63,982 nucleotides of DNA from an uncultured virus (IMG/VR IMGVR_UViG_2061766007_000892) (Duplodnaviria; Heunggongvirae; Uroviricota; Caudoviricetes), in IMG/VR virus record IMGVR_UViG_2061766007_000892; one strand, 5' to 3'. Under the pieces are notes generated by a model that ran no database searches, was not told the origin of the DNA, and was given only the letters and a program-made list of their open reading frames with translations. Position 1 is the first letter of the stretch. Each line of letters starts with the position of its first letter. The position numbers and the translations under genes are program-made. Below, piece after piece: positions 57,171 through 63,982 of this stretch.

Positions 57171-58471
57171 TTAATTCTCCTTTAACTCATTAGAATTATC
57201 TTTAAGAATTAGATTTAGAGCAATACCTACAATCATTGCAAGAGCAGTAGTACCAAAACTGATAATACCAAAATTACATACTACACCACTTACACCTAAA
57301 GTAAGAACAGAAGCAAGAATAGTAACATTCTTATTATTATTTAAATCAATTCCACTATCTTTAATAGTACGAATACCAGATAGAGTAATATAGCCATAAA
57401 GAACAGCCGCGCATCCGCCAAAAATACAAGAAGGAATTGATACTAAGAAAGATTGTAATGGACCAAAGAAACCAGCAATTGCCATGATAATAGCTGCAAG
57501 ACTGATTACATATTTAGAACAAATCTTACTAAATCCAGTAGTTCCTACACTTTCACCATAACTAGTATTTGGTAGGGCTCCAATAAAACAGCCAACAGTT
57601 GAAGCAATGCCGTCACCAATAATGGTGTTGCCTAAGCCGGGATTTTGAGTTAAATCCGTTCCAATAACTGCGCTTAAAGCTTTATGGTCACTAATATGTT
57701 CTGCGATAGTTACAAGAGAAAGAGGTAGGAAAAGTAGTAAGATTTGTGGCAGTAAGTGCCAATTAAAGTCAGCAAAATCAATATGGAAAAAACTAAAATC
57801 TGGTAGATGAATTAGTTTCATATTATCAAATGCCGCAAAATTAACAATTGGTATATGATGAATTGCGGTGGTAATACTCGCTATGATGTAGACAATAAGG
57901 ATAGCAAACAAGAAAGGAAGATTTCTAATAAAACCTTTCCCATAATGAGAAATAAGCGACGTAACTACAAGAGTTAACATACCAAATCCAAGTCCAATTA
58001 GGCTATATTGACCATTTACTTGAAAATAAGTTGGTAGAAAAGTAGCGAGATTAAGACCAATAACCGCTACAACAGGGCCAATTACTACAGGTGGAAGTAG
58101 TTTATTTACCCAATCAGTACCAAAGTGATTAATAGCAATACCGACTACACAATATACTATACCCACAACAATACCGCCAATAGCTACAGCNNNNNNNNNN
58201 NNNNNNNNNNNNNNNNNNNNNNNNATGCCCCAATAACTGCGGCAACAAATGCGCCAGAAGAACTGATGAACATCGGGCTTTGACTACGAGTAAATAGTTG
58301 ATAAATTATTGTACCTAGACCTGCGCCAACCATCGCAGGAGCAATAGGAACGCCGCAAATCTGTGGAATAAGAATTGTAGCGACAAAGCAAGCAATTACT
58401 TGTTGTAGAGCAGCGACGATTAGCCGCTTTGTTGGAAGACGGTCATTAATACCGTAAAGCATATTATTCAT
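57171..58471 (-). CDS. NCS2 family uracil/xanthine permease (UraA/PyrP-like), one gap
   Basis: ALQQVIACFVATILIP, FISSSGAF, LPPVVIGPVVAVIGL, AEHISD, GDG, PNTSYGE, GGCAAVLYGYI. Confidence 0.92.
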
Positions 58472-59090
58472 CTTTATATTTCTCCTTCAAAATTGGTAAA
58501 ATTTCATCAAATGAATTATGTAGCATATGGTCTTCAGTTGCATAAAGAATCATACCATATAACATTTGATTTATACTAAAACTACGACGCCAATCTTTTT
58601 CATTTAGATGATTGGTGCGAATGTCAAAATAGTGGGCATAATTTTTCTTATTATTTTGTTCTGTCAATTCTTGTAATATTGAGCAAAGTAAATCATGAGT
58701 GTGGTTTAAATCTAACTCCATAATTCCTTTTTCATTTTTTTCAATTGCTTCATTAAAAATGTCTAGCAATTTATTAGACATATATTTCCAACCATAAAGC
58801 ACACCCATTTCACACATGGTGCCAATAGCAGATTGTTCGGGGCAAAGAACAGTATAATCACTATTCCATAATCTATCAATATCTGCTTCACAGATTTTTT
58901 CAGCCAGATGATTATTTTCTTCTTCTGTCATATTTGATTTATCATTAATTGATTTGTTTTGAACTGGTGAATATACTTCTCCGGGAATTTCTGCTTTCTT
59001 GAATTGCTCATACTCATATTCGCGTGCGAGATTGCTCCCAAAAGTCATAATATCCCCACCAAGATAGCCAAGTGGTCTCTTATTCTCCAT
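58464..59090 (-). CDS. Nucleoside 2-deoxyribosyltransferase-like protein
   Basis: GYLGG, VYSPVQNKSINDK, ICEADIDRLWNSD, IGTMCEMG (candidate catalytic Glu). Confidence 0.75.
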   Translation of the reverse strand: MENKRPLGYLGGDIMTFGSNLAREYEYEQFKKAEIPGEVYSPVQNKSINDKSNMTEEENNHLAEKICEADIDRLWNSDYTVLCPEQSAIGTMCEMGVLYGWKYMSNKLLDIFNEAIEKNEKGIMELDLNHTHDLLCSILQELTEQNNKKNYAHYFDIRTNHLNEKDWRRSFSINQMLYGMILYATEDHMLHNSFDEILPILKEKYKDE

Positions 59091-59102
59091 ATTATTCCTC
59101 CA

Positions 59103-59402
59103 TTAATCTAAGGTTTCAAAATACCAATGTTTTTCTTCTTCAGTTCCACGGGCCTCTAGCCAATCCCACTCTAATTCATTATATTTATAATAAAGGTCTG
59201 AATAGATTTTAGAAAGTTCTTCATTTCCTTTATCATACCAATACCAGCACTTATGATTTAAAGCGGTTACAAATGCGGCCATTGCTTGAACATCATCGCA
59301 ATAAGTCTCATAGGTTTGAGTGGCCCATTCTTCAAGATAATCCTCGTTTAGACACGATAGAATCCAAAACTTTAGCTTGAGTTCCTCAAAATAATTATTC
59401 AT
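59103..59402 (-). CDS. Hypothetical protein, first gene of the NDT-permease operon
   Basis: AGGAG RBS; Trp/Tyr-rich 99-aa ORF. Confidence 0.6.
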   Translation of the reverse strand: MNNYFEELKLKFWILSCLNEDYLEEWATQTYETYCDDVQAMAAFVTALNHKCWYWYDKGNEELSKIYSDLYYKYNELEWDWLEARGTEEEKHWYFETLD

Positions 59403-59423
59403 ATTTTGCTCCTTTTTTCTTTT

Positions 59424-59452
59424 ATTATATCATAAAATTTGAAAAAAGTCAA
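59424..59452 (-). promoter_or_regulatory. sigmaA-type promoter for the NDT-permease operon
   Basis: TTGACT-17 bp-TATAAT with TG extension. Confidence 0.8.
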
Positions 59453-59481
59453 AAATAAAAGGAGGGAGATTTCTCTCCCTC
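59453..59481 (-). terminator. Intrinsic terminator after phoH
   Basis: GAGGGAGA-GAAA-TCTCCCTC followed by CTTTTATTTTT. Confidence 0.75.
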
Positions 59482-60654
59482 AATCTAGTAAGGTTGCTAA
59501 TTCAGCCATCTTGCTTCTTTCTGTTTTAATTAAATCAACACAACCAAACATTGGTTGTCCAACTAGTTTCTTTTGCATCGCTTTTATTCCATTATCCTTT
59601 TCAAAAATTTCTTTGTCTACTTGTCCGTGATAGTCACCATTANNNNNNNNNNNNNNNNNNNNNNNNCGAGAGATTAATAATTTTATTTGAGAACTTGTAA
59701 GATTTTGTCCTTCAGTGACATAGATAATTGCGTTTTCCCAGCTGCGACCGCGGCAGAATCCTAGGTTTACAGCTTCTATTTGGTCTTGGGAAGTAAAGAT
59801 TTCAAGNNNNNNNNNNNNNTTTTTTGCTCTATGTCATTAGGTAGAAAACCAATTTGTGGGGTGTCTTTTAAATCAATTAGGTTACGAACAAAGACTAGTT
59901 TATTTTTCTTTCCTTTCTCAATTAGGTTTAGTGCGTGGATAAGAGCACAATAATCTTTTCCACTTCCATAAACGCCAGTGATAAGTTTGATAGGAATATC
60001 AGGGTTTTGTAGTAAATCAAACATCATTTTTTGATTTAAATTACGCGGTGACACCTTTATACCTAATGTTNNNNNNNNNNNNNNNNNNNNNNNNNNNNCG
60101 CAATCTTTGATATGATTTGCCATCCCATCGTAAAATATCTGCTAAATTACCTTCATTATCAAATATTTCACAGTATTCATTTACTTTGGCGTTTAATACA
60201 TTTTGATTTAAACCTTCAGAATATAATGCTACTAATTCATCATCTNNNNNNNNNNNNNNNNNNNNNNNNNNNNNNNNNNNNNNNNNNNNNNNNNNNNNNN
60301 NNNNNNNNNNNNNNNNNNNNNNNNNNNNNNNNTTGTTATGAAGTTTACATGTGACTTCTTTCTATTAAGAAAGACTGCCTCACATAATAAATAATGGTCA
60401 TTAATGTTCATTAAAAATGGATATTCTTTGAAAATTTTATCTACCTGCTTCATAGAAACAGGTAGAACTTTTACTTTTTCATTAGAAAGTATTGCGCGAA
60501 CGGCTTGCCGCGCTTTATATTTAAGATTGTCATCCTTATGAATAGAAGTTTTTATATTTTCTAATTCTGCGATAGCCAATGGACTAATATAGATATTATC
60601 ATATAAATCTAATGCTCCATTTAGTATGGCAGAAGTATCAAGAAAATTAATCAC
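59480..60654 (-). CDS. phoH: PIN-PhoH fusion protein (PhoH2-like), gapped
   Basis: PIN: FLDTSAIL...IAELENIK...ARQAVR...NDH. PhoH: PRNLNQ, ITGVYGSGKD, IGFLP, FCRGRSWENAIIYVTEGQNLT, GD..Q.D, TERS. Ends TGA at 59480. Confidence 0.85.
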
Positions 60655-60658
60655 ATTA

Positions 60659-61255
60659 TCACGCCCCAATAATTTCATCTATTAATCCATATTGTAGCAT
60701 TTCTTCTGCGGTGAGATACCACTGTTTTCTATGATGCGCGGCATATAGTTCTTCGGAGATATTAGTATTTTTAACTACATAATCGCGGATTTTATTGTCT
60801 ACCGCGCGATTAAAATCAATAACATCATCTACCGAAGTTGATTCGCCGCCAACATAAGTTTGGCCGCTATGGAATAAAGCAAATGAAAAGGGGTATGCCT
60901 TTTTGGTAATATTAGGATTGTTATTTCCGGAGCATAGAATAATAGTTCCCATACTACAAGAATAAGAAGGAACAATAATTTCCAATGGATGCTTATAGTT
61001 ATCTATTACATTACAAAGCATTAATCCATCTGCTACGGAACCACCAGGAGTATTTAGAATAAGAGTAATAGGAGTTTTATCTTCATCATTTTCAAAGTCT
61101 TTTAATGGAAGAACTACTGTTTCTAAAATACTTTCATCAATTTCTGAATTTAAAATAATAGTCCTTTTCTTTAAAAGTTGATTAAAATATTGATACATTA
61201 CTGGGTCTAAAGGGCTAACTTCGTTAGCAAAACCCAAAAATTCTAGGTCGCTCAT
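60659..61255 (-). CDS. clpP: ClpP-like protease subunit
   Basis: RTIILNSEID, LNTPGGSV, CSMG (catalytic Ser), LFH, WYLTAEEMLQYGLIDEI. Confidence 0.85.
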   Translation of the reverse strand: MSDLEFLGFANEVSPLDPVMYQYFNQLLKKRTIILNSEIDESILETVVLPLKDFENDEDKTPITLILNTPGGSVADGLMLCNVIDNYKHPLEIIVPSYSCSMGTIILCSGNNNPNITKKAYPFSFALFHSGQTYVGGESTSVDDVIDFNRAVDNKIRDYVVKNTNISEELYAAHHRKQWYLTAEEMLQYGLIDEIIGA

Positions 61256-61297
61256 TTAATCCTCCTCGTTGTCGGAGGGACAACTTGTTTATTTATA

Positions 61298-62416
61298 TTA
61301 AGAAAGAATTTTTGATAAAGTACAATCTTTTGGATCTATGTCATTCTTTCTAATACTCTTTATATAAGGGTGGCGAATTGAGATACCAGTTCCATCACTT
61401 TCCGCTTGTGCGGTTGAAACCATCATTCCGCCGATGGTTAGTGGGCACATATACCATTCATCAAAGTTATCACGAAGTTCGGTTTTGAAATCTTCTGTAA
61501 GACCAGCTACTTTACATAGTGGAATAATGTTGCCATTATCATCATATACGCTAGTATAAATTGCGCCTGGCCACCCATAGAAATAACCTTTTGATACTGG
61601 GCGAATGGCTCGTCCATTACGGTATTCGCCATATAGTTCGCCAGNNNNNNNNNNNNNNNCATCTTCCCACAGATTCCAAGAACCAATATCTTTACCAGTG
61701 TAATCTCGTACTGCTGGCTCAATGCCTGTAATAAAACAATCAACATCTGCGGAAATCTCTTGCTTTACTTTACAGGTTTCCCAAGCAGAAGGACCACGCT
61801 TTCCTGGAATGTAAATAGAAGAACATTTATAGCATACAGCACCTTCGCCGCCATCCATAAAAATATTATNNNNNNNNNNNNNNNNNNNNNNNNNNNNNNN
61901 NNNNATATAATGATAATCAATTCCAGTTACTAATGGACTATTAATCATTTTAACTACTTCAGGAATGAGTCTTACGCGCTCTTCAACACCGCAATTCATC
62001 ATGTCCTTACCATTGAGAGCAAGTATATCAAAAATGCGCCATTCCAGTTTCTTATCTTTTTGCCGCGCTAATGCTTTTGGATCAAGGCAGCGAAGAATGG
62101 AACCGACATCTTTATCAATACCGCCGGGAAGATAAACTTCACCAAGTATAACAGTAGTATCAGTAAATGCCTTTACTACATCTTCCCAAAAGAAAACCTT
62201 ATTTTGAATTTCGCCATAAGTTCCAGTTTTCTTACTGATGCCGCGAGTTTGGAGAGCATTGCGTTCTGGTGTAATAACTGCGCGAGACCAATTGCCATCA
62301 TACTTGCGGCTCCATATGTATTGGCCGCTAGCAATCATTTGTTCCNNNNNNNNNNNNNGGAGACATAGAACTCGCGGGCGCCCAATAACGCATCGGTTCA
62401 CTAGTGAAATAATCAA
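61298..62416 (-). CDS. ATP-dependent DNA ligase (gapped)
   Basis: KYDGNW adenylation motif, LGEVY, IFDIL, GEGAVCYK, YIPGKR, CKVK, IRHP...R. Confidence 0.85.
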   Translation of the reverse strand: MIISLVNRCVIGRPRVLCLXXXXXEQMIASGQYIWSRKYDGNWSRAVITPERNALQTRGISKKTGTYGEIQNKVFFWEDVVKAFTDTTVILGEVYLPGGIDKDVGSILRCLDPKALARQKDKKLEWRIFDILALNGKDMMNCGVEERVRLIPEVVKMINSPLVTGIDYHYXXXXXXXXXXXXXNIFMDGGEGAVCYKCSSIYIPGKRGPSAWETCKVKQEISADVDCFITGIEPAVRDYTGKDIGSWNLWEDXXXXXXGELYGEYRNGRAIRPVSKGYFYGWPGAIYTSVYDDNGNIIPLCKVAGLTEDFKTELRDNFDEWYMCPLTIGGMMVSTAQAESDGTGISIRHPYIKSIRKNDIDPKDCTLSKILS

Positions 62417-62961
62417 TCATAAAAATGCTCCTCTTTCATAATTTCGTCTACACTATTTTCAAGGTCTTCAAGCCCTCTACAATTCTCTATAATCCAATTA
62501 AATGCGAAATTATCAAGTTCACATTCACTAATATGATTTAACTGGTCAGACGTCATATTCGGATTTTCCCAGTCTAAACCATTTTCATCATATCTTACTA
62601 CGCGGATAGTAATCGTTTCATTGTTCTGAATAGCGGCATAATCGTATACTGTTTCATATTCATTTATAAAACGCCAATCAGGAATTAAAATATAATCAAA
62701 GAAACTATGCTCTGGAATTGTATAAGCATCAATAAATTTTCCAATTATTTCAGCCCAATAAGTTGGGTAACGACCGCGCATAACGGTTGTGCCAATCTCT
62801 TGTAGCAAACTGCGGCCAGCCTTATCCTTTTCGCCATTCCAATTAAAATACTGGGTTGCGTAATACTTAACTAAGTCAGCAAAATGCATTACGAGAACAC
62901 GCTTTCCGGAGTTCTCTAACTTTTCTTTCATAATGTTTGCTACGGTATCTTTACCAGACAT
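62413..62961 (-). CDS. Deoxynucleoside monophosphate kinase-like (start in gap)
   Basis: SGKDTVA, FADLVK, RSLLQEIGT, IPDWRFINE, HISECELD. Confidence 0.8.
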   Translation of the reverse strand: MSGKDTVANIMKEKLENSGKRVLVMHFADLVKYYATQYFNWNGEKDKAGRSLLQEIGTTVMRGRYPTYWAEIIGKFIDAYTIPEHSFFDYILIPDWRFINEYETVYDYAAIQNNETITIRVVRYDENGLDWENPNMTSDQLNHISECELDNFAFNWIIENCRGLEDLENSVDEIMKEEHFYD

Positions 62962-62994
62962 NNNNNNNNNNNNNNNNNNNNNNNNNNNNNNNNN

Positions 62995-63175
62995 CCAATC
63001 TTAATCTAAAATAAAAGTCTATAAACTCTTTTTCTTCTTCTGTTTGACAAGAGTTTGCGAAATTAGAAACCATTTTTACGCCCTCAAAGGGATTGGGTTG
63101 CTGTAATGCCAAATCAACCCAATTTTTTGCTAAATCTCTAATGTAGCCTGGAACATTAGGAAATAATTCAATCAT
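62995..63175 (-). CDS. Hypothetical protein
   Basis: Operonic ORF. Confidence 0.45.
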
Positions 63176-63504
63176 TGTTTTGTTGCTCTTGAAGTTTNNN
63201 NNNNNNNNNNNNNNNNNNCTTCTTCTTTAGATGTAAGTGTAATTTTTTGTACTGGGACGGGAGCCTGTCGCTCATCGTCATCTGGCATTTCAAAGATGTA
63301 ATATCTTTCTGGCTCTGGCTCTCCGTAGTCTGCTGAATAAGAAACTCGGCTACACAGGCATTTTCCGGTTTTCTTACTATATATTTTTGCCGCAACATGA
63401 GTAGTTCCTATTTCTTCTACCCTTACATCACGACATTCGGGCTTTATTTGGTTTACAAACCCTTTATAATCTTCTCTTGTAACTTCATAAATACTATTAT
63501 CCAT
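63168..63504 (-). CDS. Hypothetical protein
   Basis: GAGG RBS; operonic ORF, one gap. Confidence 0.55.
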
Positions 63505-63505
63505 A

Positions 63506-63982
63506 TTAACCTCGCCAATGTATTTTTAGTGTTTCTGCTTCTAATTGTGCGAGTTTATCGCATTGTTCATTCCAGTAATTTCCAGTGTGTCCCTCTACCT
63601 TGCGGAAGTCATACCAAAAATTATCAAAGAATGGAATAATTTCTTGCCATAAATCTTGATTTGCGACGGGTTGATTTTTAGAGTTTTGCCAACCGTTAGT
63701 TCGCCAGCTTACATACCACTCTTGCTTATAACAATTAATAGCATAAGCAGAATCACTATAAATAATTACTTTTTCTCCCTTTTGTCGGATACCCTGGGCA
63801 TATTTTAGTGCTTCAAGAATAGCAAGTAATTCCATTCGCTGATTTGTTGTCATAGCAACACTTCCGGATTTATGATAAAAATCATTTCCTTCGCGCAACG
63901 CATAAAAGGCCCAGCCTCCAAAAGTTGAGCGTTGTCCCATCTTTTTAAGTGAACCATCAGTATAAATTTCGAGTGGTATCAG
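63506..63982 (-). CDS. rnhA: Ribonuclease HI (5'-partial)
   Basis: IYTDGS, GGWAF, TTNQRMEL, YSDSAY, W..NGW, NQDLW, KVEGH, NEQCDKLA. Confidence 0.93.
   Translation of the reverse strand: MIPLEIYTDGSLKKMGQRSTFGGWAFYALREGNDFYHKSGSVAMTTNQRMELLAILEALKYAQGIRQKGEKVIIYSDSAYAINCYKQEWYVSWRTNGWQNSKNQPVANQDLWQEIIPFFDNFWYDFRKVEGHTGNYWNEQCDKLAQLEAETLKIHWRG

Noticed and set aside
1..63982. tRNA (including an amber suppressor), CRISPR array, integrase, or DGR reverse transcriptase
   Set aside because: None recognised by eye. Intergenic spaces are short, but gaps could hide them, and a tRNA scan was not possible.

Overview
A ~64-kb, AT-rich, heavily gapped scaffold from a large tailed dsDNA phage, probably infecting an anaerobic Firmicute (sigmaA-type extended -10 promoters, class III RNR; host is inference). 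Bases 1-~21,500 on the + strand are tail genes: a >4,000-codon tape measure protein, a Dit-like protein, and a long Tal/adhesin-like protein. The rest is a minus-strand replication and nucleotide-metabolism region: RuvC, dUTPase, NrdD/NrdG, DnaE, RecJ, primase, DnaB-like helicase, Sak4-like ATPase, SSB, GyrA/GyrB-like topoisomerase, a DUF262 protein, PIN-PhoH, ClpP, ligase, dNMP kinase and RNase H. Most apparent frameshifts in the ORF track are N-gap artefacts, and some loci (nrdD; the 24.2-kb locus) appear twice as interleaved allelic contigs. Two results stand out. (1) TAG is read as a sense codon, almost certainly Gln. There are at least 11 in-frame TAGs, including five in an unannotated GIY-YIG/NUMOD1 endonuclease and one in nrdD where the sister allele encodes Gln. 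They fall in early or mobile genes, two at codon 2-4, and none was seen in the ~20 kb of structural genes. (2) A compact operon joins a nucleoside 2-deoxyribosyltransferase-like enzyme to two different NCS2 nucleobase transporters (UraA-like and AzgA/PbuG-like), suggesting a phage nucleobase import/exchange system. No tRNA, release factor or lysis genes were recognised.
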